A stretch of 64,000 nt of DNA from the NCBI GenBank assembly GCA_002269645.1, contig NIVC01002890.1, positions 62,001 to 126,000 on the forward strand, in the 5' to 3' direction. Shown piece by piece: positions 52,101 through 64,000 of this stretch. This DNA comes from Macrostomum lignano (lineage: Eukaryota). Below the pieces are notes generated by a model, which saw nothing but the letters and a program-made list of their open reading frames with translations, had not been told where the DNA came from and ran no database searches. The translations under genes and the position numbers were made by a program. Position 1 is the first letter of the stretch. The number at the start of each line of letters is the position of its first letter.

Positions 52101-55100
52101 GATAGAGGGCGATGATTATCAGTTGGATAGAGGGCAGTGACTATCAGTTGGATAGAGGGCGATGATTATCAGTTGGATAGAGGGCGATGATTATCAGTTG
52201 GATAGAGGGCGATGATTATCAGTTGGATAGAGGGCGATGATTATCAGTTGGATAGAGGGCAGTGACTATCAGTTGGATAGAGGGCGATGATTATCAGTTG
52301 GATAGAGGGCGATGATTATCAGTTGGATAGAGGGCGATGATTATCAGTTGGATAGAGGGCGATGATTATCAGTTGGATAGAGGGCGATGATTATCAGTTG
52401 GATAGAGGGCGATGATTATCAGTTGGATAGAGGGCGATGATTATCAGTTGGATAGAGGGCAGTGACTATCAGTTGGATAGAGGGCGATGATTATCAGTTG
52501 GATAGAGGGCGATGATTATCAGTTGGATAGAGGGCGATGATTATCAGTTGGATAGAGGGCGGTGACTATCAGTTGGATAGAGGGCGATGATTATCAGTTG
52601 GATAGAGGGTGATGACTATCAGTTGGATGGAGGGTGATGACTATCAGTTGGATGGAGGGTGATGACTATCAGTTGGATGGAGGGTGATGACTATCAGTTG
52701 GATAGAGGGTGATGACTATCAGTTGGATAGAGGGTGACGATAGCAACACTACACTGCAGCTCACCCTAACGCAGCCCCGGGCGCAGCCAACAAACACGCG
52801 ACCAGCGGCGCCGTGCAGACAGAAGGCCCGGCTAGTTCGCAATTCTACGAAACGTTCAACATGCCGACGCTCGGAGAAATGGCACAGCTGGCCGCTGTTG
52901 CTCAGCGCCAGCAGGCCGCCGCCGTCTGGCAGGGGATGCACGCCGACAAAGGTGGCATTACGCATCTCGCCCAGTATAGCGTTGCGACTCTGAATTGGCA
53001 CGGTGCCGCGGCTAGGCGGCTTAGGCGCGTCGAAATACCAAAATCGAACGTGTCTCACGCCGACAGTGACAAAATAGTGCGCGCTGAAAGCGAAAGCTAC
53101 GGCGAATATCTTCGATGATACTTTGTTAGTTGCTAGGCGACTCTCGGCTCGCCAGTCCCACAGGCTGACGGTCATGTCCTGCTCGACGCCAACGCTTACT
53201 AGCAGGCGAGACGATGGGCTGAAGTCTAGGCAGCTAATGGCGTATCTGCAAGGTTAGAAGACCAGTGGAGGCCAGTCTTTTAGTGACTGTGACACTGGGT
53301 GGTGTGCAATTGAATGGTATGTTCAATTCTTTGGTACACAGCTGAGTGACATCGGATGGTGTGCAATTGAATGGAATTCTATGGTACACAGCTGAGTGAC
53401 ATTGGATGGTGTGCAATTGAATGGAATTCTATGACACAGCTGAGTGACATTGGATGGTGTGCAATTGAATGGAATTCTATGGTACACAGCTGAGTGACAT
53501 TGGATGGTGTGCAACTGAATGGAATTCTATGATACACAGCTGAGTGACATTGGATGGTGTGCAACTGAATGGAATTCTATGATACACAGCTGAGTGACAT
53601 TGGATGGTGTGCAATTGAATGGAATTCTATGATACACAGCTGAGTGACATTGGATGGTGTGCAACTGAATGGAATTCTATGATACACAGCTGAGTGACAT
53701 TGGATGGTGTGCAACTGAATGGAATTCTATGATACACAGCTGAGTGACATTGGATGGTGTGCAACTGAATGGAATTCTATGATACACAGCTGAGTGACAT
53801 TGGATGGTGTGCAACTGAATGGAATTCTATGATACACAGCTGAGTGACATTGGATGGTGTGCAACTGAATGGAATTCTATGATACACAGCTGAGTGACAT
53901 TGGATGGTGTGCAACTGAATGGAATTCTATGATACACAGCTGAGTGACATTGGATGGTGTGCAACTGAATGGAATTCTATGATACACAGCTGAGTGACAT
54001 TGGATGGTGTGCAACTGAATGGAATTCTATGATACACAGCTGAGTGACATTGGATGGTGTGCAACTGAATGGAATTCTATGATACACAGCTGAGTGACAT
54101 TGGATGGTGTGCAACTGAATGGAATTCTATCATACACAGCTGAGTGACATTGGATGGTGTGCAACTGAATGGAATTCTATCATACACAGCTGAGTGACAT
54201 TGGATGGTGTGCAACTGAATGGAATTCTATGATACACAGCTGAGTGACATTGGATGGTGTGCAACTGAATGGAATTCTATGATACACAGCTGAGTGACAT
54301 TGGATGGTGTGCAACTGAATGGAATTCTATGATACACAGCTGAGTGACATTGGATGGTGTGCAACTGAATGGAATCCTTTGATACACAGCTGCACTCTAA
54401 TGACACTGAAGCCACTCATCTCACACAGGATCTTAATGACGCACCTGTGTCCAGCCAGCTTAGCCACCAGGCTGCCGCCATCTTCAACAGACCAGACTCG
54501 CACCAGCGGATCTTTGCCGCTCTCGCCCGTTGCCACGTGACGCCCGTCGTGACTGAACTTTAAACAGGTCAGAGATTTCTTGTGCGAGCCGCGCACAAAT
54601 GATTGCCTATTGGAGGCCGGGTCAAGCAGTACAATAGCGGCGCCGGCCGGGTAGGCAACTCTGCCGCTGGAGCTGTCCAAGCTGATGCTGCCTAGGGCTG
54701 TGAGACCCAGCACTCGCTCAAGGGACACCTGCGGATTGGGATTACCCAGCATTAAACTATTGGTAGCTTAATAGAAACCTAGGAAAACAACTAATGGGTC
54801 AATGGGCCCTCTTAACTCAGCTTTCGAGATTTTTTGATATTACGAAGAAAATATTATAACAATTTAGGGATCGACAGCAGCGGATAAAATCTTTCTATGG
54901 GATTAATACTACTCAAAAAATCTCATAAGGGGATCAACACTACTCAATAGAATCCCGCAAAGTGGATTAATACTATTCGATAAAATCCCACCGGGGGTTT
55001 AACACTACTCGATAAAATCCCACACTAGGGGATTAACACTACTCGATAAAATCCCACACTAGGGGATTAACACTATCTTACTCGATAAAATCCCACACTA

Positions 55101-56068
55101 GGGGATTAACACTATCTTACTCGATAAAATCCCACACTAGAGGATTAACACTACTCGATAAAATCCCACACTAGGGGATTAACACTATCTTACTCGATAA
55201 AATCCCACACTAGGGGATTAACACTACTCGATAAAATCCCACACTAGGGGTTTAACACTACTCGATAAAATCCCACACTAGGGGATTAACACTACTCGAT
55301 AAAATCCCACACTAGAGGATTAACACTACTCGATAAAATCCCACACTAGGGGATTAACACTACTCGATAAAATCCCACACTAGGGGATTAACACTATCTT
55401 ACTCGATAAAATCCCACACTAGGGGATTAACACTACTCGATAAAATCCCACACTAGGGGATTAACACTACTCGATAAAATCCCACACTAGGGGATTAACA
55501 CTACTCGATAAAATCCCACACTAGGGGATTAACACTACTCGATAAAATCCCACACTAGGGGATTAACACTACTCGATAAAATCCCACACTAGAGGATTAA
55601 CACTACTCGATAAAATCCCACACTAGGGATCAACACTACTCGATAAAATCCCACACTAGGGATTAACACTACTCGATAAAATCCCACACTAGGGGATTAA
55701 CACTATCTTACTCGATAAAGTCCCACACTAGGGGATTAACACTATCTTACTCGATAAAGTCCCACACTCACTACTCGATAAAATCCCACACTAGGGGATT
55801 AACACTACTCGATAAAATCCCACCAGGGGATTAATACCGCAAGGGATAAATACCAGTTCACGACTCCCTATTAAAGGAAAATTGCCTCTCCGCTTAATCC
55901 TATCCAAAAGGATTCAATATTTCTAATCTAATGATAAACAGAGCACTCAACTCAATAAATGCCTCAGCGCCTCACCTGTTCCAGCTGGCAGCTTCCGCCA
56001 CCTCCGCCGAGGCCGCCACGATGACGGCCCTTAAACCGGCGGGCCCTACTAATAGACAGCGGGTTCAT
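46169..56068 (-). CDS. WDR62: WDR62/MAPKBP1-family WD40 scaffold, ~1633 aa; exons 56068-55976, 54728-54445, 53245-52765, 50890-49738, 49059-46169
   Basis: VSLERVLG..VAYPAG..TGESG..RVW, NKVSS, FVELRT, LPMPHTLG, YPDAVA, HYHNGYVW and GHSE..CVFVWRL, then a low-complexity tail. All introns are GT-AG with matching phases (4902 nt). It is a pro-ortholog of WDR62 and MAPKBP1. Confidence 0.93.
49095..49685. repeat. 33-bp minisatellite, WDR62 intron 4
   Basis: Unit GGCAGATTCACAAGGATACTGAGAGAGCGGATA. Confidence 0.95.
50912..52745. repeat. 25-bp minisatellite, WDR62 intron 3
   Basis: Unit TTATCAGTTGGATAGAGGGCGATGA, about 70 copies. Confidence 0.97.
53300..54395. repeat. 50-bp minisatellite, WDR62 intron 2
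   Basis: Unit GATACACAGCTGAGTGACATTGGATGGTGTGCAACTGAATGGAATTCTAT, with a nearly homogeneous centre. Confidence 0.97.
54975..55830. repeat. 34/39-bp minisatellite, WDR62 intron 1
   Basis: Unit GGGGATTAACACTACTCGATAAAATCCCACACTA, with or without a 5-nt insert. Confidence 0.95.
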
Positions 56069-56234
56069 ACTTATAAAGTATGCCACCAGATGACACCACG
56101 ACTTTGATCGACAGTTGCCGATGCTGACCTCAACTTTGCTACTGAGAGCTGCATGCGGCAATGGAGCGTCGCTGTAATTGCATTTTTAATGTGAATAATT
56201 GCTTATGGCTTCTGCTACAACTGGAATTCGATTT

Positions 56235-58412
56235 CATCCTGTTGACTTCAAAAGGAGAATTGCTGAGATTAATCAATGGGGAATCGCTGAGATTAATCAA
56301 TGGGGAATCGCTGAGATTGATCAATGGGGAATTGCTGAGATTAATCAATGGAGAATTGCTGAGATTAATCAATAGGGAATCGCTGAGATTGATCAATGGG
56401 GAATTGCTGAGATTAATCAATAGGGAATCGCTGAGATTGATCAATGGGGAATTGCTGAGATTGATCAATGGAGAATTGCTGAAATCGATCAATGGGGAAT
56501 TGCTGAGATTGATCAATGGAGAATTGCTGAAATTGATCAATGGAGAATCGCTGAAATTGATCAATGGGGAATTGCTGAGATTGATCAATGGGGAATTGCT
56601 GAGATTGATCAATGGGGAATTGCTGAGATTGATCAATAGAGAATCGCTGAAATTGATCAATGGGGAATCGCTAAGATTGATCAATGGGGAATTGCTGAGA
56701 TTGATCAATGGGGAATTGCTGAGATTGATCCATGGGAAATTGCTGAGATTGATCAATGGGGAATGGCTGAGATTGATCAATGGGGAATTGCTGAGATTAA
56801 TCAATAGGGAATCGCTGAAATTAATCAATGGGGAATTGCTGAGATTGATCAATGGAGAATCGCTGAAATTGATCAATGGGGAATTGCTGAGATTGATCAA
56901 TGGCGAATTGCTGAGATTGATCAATGGGGAATTGCTGAGATTGATCAATAGAGAATCGCTGAAATTGATCAATGGGGAATCGCTGAGATTGATCAATGGA
57001 GAATTGCTGAAATTGATCAATGGAGAATCGCTGAAATTGATCAATGGGGAATTGCTGAGATTGATCAATGGGGAATTGCTGAGATTTATCAATAGGGAAT
57101 CGCTGAGATTGATCAATGGGGAATTGCTGAGATTAATCAATAGGGAATCGCTGAGATTGATCAATGGGGAATTGCTGAGATTGATCAATGGAGAATTGCT
57201 GAAATCGATCAATGGGGAATTGCTGAGATTGATCAATGGAGAATTGCTGAAATTGATCAATGGAGAATCGCTGAAATTGATCAATGGGGAATTGCTGAGA
57301 TTGATCAATGGGGAATTGCTGAAATTGATCAATGGGGAATTGCTGAGATTGATCAATGGGGAATTGCTGAGATTGATCAATAGAGAATCGCTGAAATTGA
57401 TCAATGGGGAATCGCTGAGATTGATCAATGGAAAATTGCTGAGATTGATCAATGGGGAATGGCTGAGATTGATCAATGGAGAATCACTGAAATTGATCAA
57501 TAGAGAATTGCGGACAATGATCAATGGAGAATCGCTAAAGTTGATCAATGGGGAATTGCTGAGATTGATCAATGGGGAATCGCTGAGATTGATCAATAGG
57601 GAATCGCTGAGATTGATCAATGGGGAATTGCTGAGATTAATCAATAGGGAATCGCTGAGATTGATCAATGGGGAATTGCTGAGATTGATCAATGGAGAAT
57701 TGCTGAAATCGATCAATGGGGAATTGCTGAGATTGATCAATGGAGAATTGCTGAAATTGATCAATGGAGAATCGCTGAAATTGATCAATGGGGAATTGCT
57801 GAGATTGATCAATGGCGAATTGCTGAGATTGATCAATGGGGAATTGCTGAGATTGATCAATAGAGAATCGCTGAAATTGATCAATGGGGAATCGCTGAGA
57901 TTGATCAATGGAGAATTGCTGAAATTGATCAATGGAGAATCGCTGAAATTGATCAATGGGGAATTGCTGAGATTGATCAATGGGGAATTGCTGAGATTGA
58001 TCAATAGGGAATCGCTGAGATTGATCAATGGGGAATTGCTGAGATTAATCAATAGGGAATCGCTGAGATTGATCAATGGGGAATTGCTGAGATTGATCAA
58101 TGGAGAATCGCTAAAGTTGATCAATGGGGAATTGCTGAGATTGATCAATGGGGAATTGCTGAGATTGATCAATGGGGAATTGCTGAGATTGATCAATAGA
58201 GAATCGCTGAAATTGATCAATGGGGAATCGCTGAGATTGATCCATGGGAAATTGCTGAGATTGATCAATGGGGAATGGCTGAGATTGATCAATGGAGAAT
58301 CACTGAAATTGATCAATAGAGAATTGCGGACAATGATCAATGGAGAATCGCTAAAGTTGATCAATGGGAAATTGCTGAGATTGATCAATGGGGAATTGCT
58401 GAGATTGATCAC
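56235..58412. repeat. 24-bp minisatellite between RPS16 and WDR62
   Basis: Unit GAATTGCTGAGATTGATCAATGGG; this explains the ELLRLING and NLSNSPLI ORFs. Confidence 0.97.
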
Positions 58413-58646
58413 AATAAATTTTATCAAACTATCAACCTCAGATCGAAAGTAAAGAGACAAAGCGAAGCATTCAATCCAAGAGCCAGCACAACGCAACAGG
58501 GGGTCAGGGCCACCCTGTTAAACAATACTAGCGTATATTTCAATTACACCACCGATGGAAATCTAGCAGCCTCTCAAACTGTTAATCGCAGTCTCTAACT
58601 TTCATATGAATCAATAATCCACAAAAGCCGAGCAAAACTGCCGCAA

Positions 58647-59090
58647 TTAGCGGTAGGATTTTTGGTAGCGAGCTCGGGCACCCGGACCGCCGAATTTCTT
58701 CGGCTCGCAACGACGCGGATCCGCAACTAGCAGAGACTTATCATAAGAGATTAGCAGATCCTTGATCTCCTTCTTGCTAGCCTCGTCAACAAATTTCTGA
58801 TAATAAGCTACCAGAGATTTGCTCAGAGCCTGTCTAATAGCGTACACCTGAGCGATCCGGCCGCCACCTTTCACGCGAATCCGGATGTCCACACCTTTGA
58901 ACTTGTCCTCGCCAAGTAGCAGCACAGGCTCCTGCAGTTTGTACTGGAGTGCCCGCGGCTCCACCAGCTTCAATGGTCGGCCATTGACGTGGATCAGGCC
59001 GCGGCCGGACTTGCAATGAGCAACGGCTGTGGCCGTCTTCTTGCGGCCGAACACTTGCACCGCCTGTGAGGGATTCGGACGCGTAGCCAT
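58647..59090 (-). CDS. RPS16: 40S ribosomal protein S16 (uS9), 147 aa, coding region intronless
   Basis: [34 protein letters not shown]. Confidence 0.97.
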   Translation of the reverse strand: MATRPNPSQAVQVFGRKKTATAVAHCKSGRGLIHVNGRPLKLVEPRALQYKLQEPVLLLGEDKFKGVDIRIRVKGGGRIAQVYAIRQALSKSLVAYYQKFVDEASKKEIKDLLISYDKSLLVADPRRCEPKKFGGPGARARYQKSYR

Positions 59091-59154
59091 ACCGCCTCGG
59101 TTACTGTTGGCATGCAATGATTGACGTGTAGATTATCGTCAAACAGGATTAGAT

Positions 59155-59200
<46 letters not shown>
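59155..59200. repeat. (CTGT)n microsatellite upstream of RPS16
   Basis: About 11 tetranucleotide units. Confidence 0.9.
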
Positions 59201-60204
59201 ATTGCCTGTTTGTGCGTCTGTCTAATCCACGTTCAAAACAAATTTCTTGACCGAATTTTTAATCTTTATGTCAAAAGGCGTGAAAGCTTAGTTACTTAGT
59301 TATTATCTAATTACTATAATACTTGTAGACTATACTTGCTACTTAGCAAGGAAACGCAAGTAGCATACTTAGCAGGCGATCAAATTGATAAATATGTATG
59401 TTAGAAATGTCTGAAGAAGATCATACGTTAAATACCTAGGACATTCGAATTCCAACAGACTCGTCCTATACCTGTCCGAACATAGCAGCAGATGAAAGCC
59501 GGAAGGCAGAGAGAGAGTAGAGATAATTGAAGAAGAATAATCACTGTTGGGATCAGGTTACTAACGTAAAAATCTTTTCCAATAAATGGAATACGATTCT
59601 GACTAAAGCACTAAGCAAAGGGTTGGTCGATGGCAAAAGGCAACCAGAAAGAAGAAAAGTGAAAGAAAAACGACAGTCCATTAAACAATCGACCCATTAA
59701 TTTGCTGCTTTCCATAAACCAAAATAGTGCTTTTTCTAGGTAAATATTTCTGCGCATTCGAACAAGTCACTCGTACAGGTGTGTGCCTGATGAGGTTGGG
59801 AGATGGGCCAGGGGGGGATGTGCATCTGGGATTTCGCTTCTTCAAGTTTGGTATAAGGCTACACAGCAACTGGGACACAATCAGCGGAAAGTGCGAATAT
59901 GCCGCGTGGATTAAAGTGGAACAGGTGGCCGTGGGTGATAAGGGCTAGTAGAGCGATAATTACTATTGAGGAAGCTCGATGCGTGAAGGCAGAAAATATG
60001 ATTGGGAGAAAAAAACAGTTGCAAATCAGGAATCCCTAGGACCTTATCAATGTCGCTTGAAGGGGAAAGTAGTGTGCACTAGCTAACTGCACTTCCTGAC
60101 CCTCTGGATTTTACAGCAGCTTCACAAGTACAGTCCCAGAGTAGGAGATATGAAAGAGGCGTTCCTGAGGAGTACTGAAGACATTTTTCCGTGGATTTAG
60201 GACC

Positions 60205-61130
60205 ATTCCTAATATGGGATTAGAGGAGATTCTCAGTATGGAATCAGAGGAGATTCTCAATATGGGATCAGAGGGGGGGAGATTTTCAATATGGGATCAG
60301 AGGAGATTCTCAATATGGGATCAGAGAGGGAGATTATGAATGTGATCAGAGAGGGAGATTATTAATATGAGATCAGAGAGGGAGATTCTGAATATGGGAT
60401 CAGAGGAGGGGGGAGATTCTCAATATGGGATCAGAGAGGGAGATTATGAATGTGATCAGAGAGGGAGATTCTCAATATGGGATCAGAGAGGGAGATTATT
60501 AATATGAGATCAGAGAGGGAGATTCTGAATATGGGATCAGAGGAGGGGGGAGATTCTCAATATGGGATCAGAGAGGGAGATTATGAATGTGATCAGAGAG
60601 GGAGATTCTCAATATGGGATCAGAGGAGATTCTCAATATGGGATCAGAGGAGATTCTCAATATGGGATCAGAGAGGGAGATTCTTAATGTGGGATCACAG
60701 AGGGAGATTATTAATATGAGATCAGAGAGGGAGATTCTGAATATGGGATCAGAGGAGGGGGGAGATTCTCAATATGGGATCAGAGAGGGAGATTATGAAT
60801 GCGATCAGAGAGGGAGATTCTCAATATGGGATCAGAGAGGGAGATTATTAATATGAGATCAGAGAGGGAGATTCTGAATATGGGATCAGAGGAGGGGGGG
60901 GGAGATTCTCAATATGGGATCAGAGAGGGAGATTATGAATGTGATCAGAGAGGGAGATTTTCAATATGGGATCAGAGGAGATTCTCAATATGGGATCAGA
61001 GAGGGAGATTATGAATGTGATCAGAGAGGGAGATTCTCAATATGGGATCAGAGAAGGAGATTCCCAATATGGGATCAGAGAGGGAGATTCTTAATGTGGG
61101 ATCAAAAAGGCAGATTCTCAATATGGGATC
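60205..61130. repeat. Composite purine-rich minisatellite (~24-30-bp variants of GGAGATTCTCAATATGGGATCAGAGAG) with higher-order blocks
   Basis: Recurrent variant blocks visible in the sequence. Confidence 0.9.
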
Positions 61131-61974
61131 ACCACAGAGAGTCGCTTTCAGCAATAAATCAGAGAAAAGAGAGAGTGGTATATTAACATGGTTTTTAATT
61201 ATATTATGACTATAATTATATGATATTAAGGTAATAATACTTTACTAAGCAAAACAAATGAATAACAATCCAATTCGACTAGTGAACAAATAGCAACATA
61301 AAATAGTGTTTTGATGTGTTTATTAAAATAATAAAAAAGTAAAACCAGACAAAAAAACTGGATAAAAAGCATTCACGATTCAGAAAGAAGCACACTTATA
61401 CATATAATGTAATAACAATATAGCCGAATTCAAATCACAGACTGTCAATACAACTGGATTTACGACAGTAAATACGATAACATCTCTTATTGATGCAGAG
61501 GATAAAACAGGTCTAATGTTCATACATATCTAGCCCTCAACACTTGGCAACTGTAACCTGATCTGGATGATATGATTCAATAAATAATTTTAGAGACTTC
61601 GATATGATATTCAGGACAAATAGAACTTACTTTTAGAATGTGACAAGTTATCTGTGAGGCGAGAGGAACTATTGACACAATAATGGGCTAAACTAGGGGC
61701 ATGTGTAAATGACCGATGCGAAGCAAAAATAGAGGTCATAGCATTACAGACAATAACAAGTAAATTGTTCAGCAATTTATGAAATAAAACTGAACAAGAG
61801 TATTCACATAATGAATTGGCAAAGACAAGCACTAGACAAGCTTTTTTCAATTTTAAAGTGAAAAGCGTACTAAAATACCTCAGACAGACAAATTAATAAG
61901 AGCACTAGTAGATTACTTGTTCAAAACTAATTGGTCCCTAATTAACCATCTCTGGGCGTTCTTTTTAATCTTTA

Positions 61975-62455
61975 ATAAGGTTGTACATTGGGGCAGGAGT
62001 GAGGGCGGTGTACATTCGGGCAGGAGTTGGGGTTGGTTGGTGTACATTGGGGCAGGAGTGTGGGCAGTGTACATTCGGGCAGGAGTTGGGTTGGTTGGTG
62101 TACATTGGGGCAGGAGTGAGGGCGGTGTACATTCGGGCAGGAGTGTGGGTTGGTGTACTTTTGGGCAGGAGTGAGGATTGGTGTACATTGGGGCAGGAGT
62201 GAGGGCGGTGTACATTCGGGCAGGAGTGAGGGTTGGTGTACATTGGAGGAGTGAGGGTTGGAGTACATTGGAGGAGTGAGGGTTGGAGTACATTGGAGGA
62301 GTGAGGGTTGGTGTACATTGGAGGAGTGAGGGTTGGTGTACATTGGAGGAGTGAGGGTTGGAGTACATTGGGGCAGGAGTGAGGGTTGGTGTATATTGGG
62401 GCAGAAGTGTGGGTTGGTGTACATTGGGGCAGGAGTGTGGTTCGTATACATTGGG
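61975..62455. repeat. G-rich minisatellite (~27-31 bp; GTACATTGGGGCAGGAGTGAGGGTTGGT)
   Basis: Tandem variant units. Confidence 0.9.
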
Positions 62456-62988
62456 CTGTGTAGATTGGGATAGGAAAGATTTTGATGCACATTTAATTAA
62501 CCTAGGCTTGGTTAATTAGAAACAATACACATAAGTGTAGTAGTGGGTAGTGGTTATAAACAGCTACTCATTTTAATCAATATTCTCTAAACGCAGAACC
62601 AGATTCTTTTTTATTCACAATACTGAAGAAGCTAAATAAAACAAAGCTATATTATCTGCTCACACGTATAGCAAAACTAAAAGCAAATTAAAAACAACCA
62701 GAAGACCAAATGGCGAGGCGCAAGCAACACAATATCGAATTTTAAAAGTTAAACAAAAAGCTTAGAAAAGTTGAATTCATATAATAGTATTATTACCAAG
62801 TGACAAAAATACAAAACAAACTAACGAAAGCCACAAAAAACAATAGACAAACATAGTAACAAAAAAGTATTAAATATGTTTGTATCTTATAAAAACCTCC
62901 GGTATAGTAAAACAATTTACACTGCATGCTACCTGTTGGTGTATGAATGCTCAGCTTAGATTAAAACACAGCCTGGCTGTTCGCTCAG

Positions 62989-63498
62989 TCATCGGAGCAG
63001 TACTTTAAACTTTTCCAACTCTTCCATCAGCTGCCGATTCTGAGCAGTGAGCAGTCGAACGCGCGACTCCAAACACTTTATATAGTCTTTCTTCTTCTGT
63101 CGGCAGATTCTGGCCGCTTCTCGATTCTTCTCTAGCCGATTCGCTCGCTTCCTTTTCTGATAATCGGAAGGCTCGCCGGCTCCGATCAGGACAGATGACG
63201 ATGTCGACGATGGACCGCCGCTACCGCCGCCGGCGCTGCCTCCAGCTGCATCGCAGCCGGGCACCGGCGTAGAAGAAGACGCCAAAGTTGACGCCGGGAA
63301 ATTAAACGCGGGAGCCACCAGCTGATAAGCTGTTGCAGTTTCGCAGCTCGGCTTGCCTTCTCCGCTGGTGCCAATATTAACAAAGGCGCCAATTGGTGCA
63401 GTGAAACTTGGCGCCGCAACTAACGGCGGCAATTGGCAAACCTGTTGACCGGACGATGCCAGCTGGCGCGGCTCCGCGTTTGACTTGCTAGGTGACGG
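62989..63498 (-). CDS. CREB: Terminal exon of a CREB/CREM/ATF1-family bZIP factor; upstream exons lie beyond the window
   Basis: RKRANRLEKNREAARICRQKKKDYIKCLESRV..L..QN..LMEEL. Phase-0 AG acceptor at 63500-63499. Confidence 0.87.
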   Translation of the reverse strand, partial: PSPSKSNAEPRQLASSGQQVCQLPPLVAAPSFTAPIGAFVNIGTSGEGKPSCETATAYQLVAPAFNFPASTLASSSTPVPGCDAAGGSAGGGSGGPSSTSSSVLIGAGEPSDYQKRKRANRLEKNREAARICRQKKKDYIKCLESRVRLLTAQNRQLMEELEKFKVLLR

Positions 63499-63521
63499 CT
63501 GTAAAGTGTGACAATTTGTAT

Positions 63522-63780
63522 TGTAGCCTAGTGGTTAGAGTGTCGGGCTCACAACTTGAAGGTCGGGGGTTCGATTCACGATCTCACCAGGACAATCTGT
63601 GTCCTTGAGCAAGACACATATTTCTGCTAAATTCTGCATAGCTTCAGTGCAGCCAGCTATAAAATGGGTGCCTGCATTAGCCAGGGCTATTGGTGTCTAG
63701 CGACCCACCAGTCCATTGAACATATACATTAACTAAATTATACATTGATTGCTCTTGCTATTAATGAATAGACAAATTTA
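63522..63780 (+). mobile_element. tRNA-derived SINE, family 2, with a V/Meta-like central motif (in the CREB intron)
   Basis: A-box TAGCCTAGTGG (63524), B-box GGTTCGATTC (63567), then TGTGTCCTTGAGCAAGACAC..CCAGCT..AAATGGGT. The 3' end is approximate. Confidence 0.78.
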
Positions 63781-64000
63781 ATAATTTAGCTGTCAACCAT
63801 GCTGCTAAAATAAAACTGAATTGCATTATTGCACTAAATATTGTTTGGGCTACAAAAGTGAAACAGTCCTATAAACAATAGTCTTGACCATAGACAATTG
63901 CATGGTTTATACAAGTATATATAGCCCCAATTGGAATAGGGTCTAGCAAAAATGTGCCATGGGGTCACTTTCCAAGGTACAAGGCCTACATCAAGGGGTC

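Noticed and set aside
50912-55830. Regular arrays as CRISPR
   Set aside because: They are head-to-tail units with no unique spacers, there are no cas genes, and the context is eukaryotic introns.
56139-58496. 763-aa and 785-aa ORFs on opposite strands
   Set aside because: Same artifact of a 24-bp tandem unit.
46169-59090. WDR62 and RPS16 are both on human 19q13
   Set aside because: They are megabases apart in human, and one pair is not evidence of conserved microsynteny.

Overview
Animal genomic DNA with GC-rich exons and introns filled by minisatellites. This style suggests a free-living flatworm such as Macrostomum, which is an inference, not an identification. Spliced genes reconstructed from GT-AG sites and phase are engrailed (-, 4 exons), CACUL1 (-, 3 exons), a short GRIPAP1-like coiled-coil gene (+, 2 exons), WDR62/MAPKBP1 (-, 5 exons), intronless RPS16 (-), and the last exon of a CREB/CREM/ATF1 bZIP gene (-). 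A near-identical 10.1-kb tandem duplication (14029-24160 / 24165-34291) produces a second, 3'-truncated CACUL1 fused antisense to a truncated Ty3/Gypsy element. A full-length 4.9-kb Gypsy element (31795-36733) has LTRs, a tRNA-Leu PBS, a PPT, a 4-bp TSD and a -1 frameshift signal. Also present are three Mutator-like/foldback TIR elements with 8-9-bp TSDs (one carrying a decayed spliced PHD finger), two tRNA-derived SINE families and about 18 distinct tandem arrays. The most unexpected signal is a RIP-like dinucleotide pattern (TpA excess, with CpG and CpA/TpG loss) in the old DNA between CACUL1 and GRIPAP1. All coordinates and counts were done by hand.
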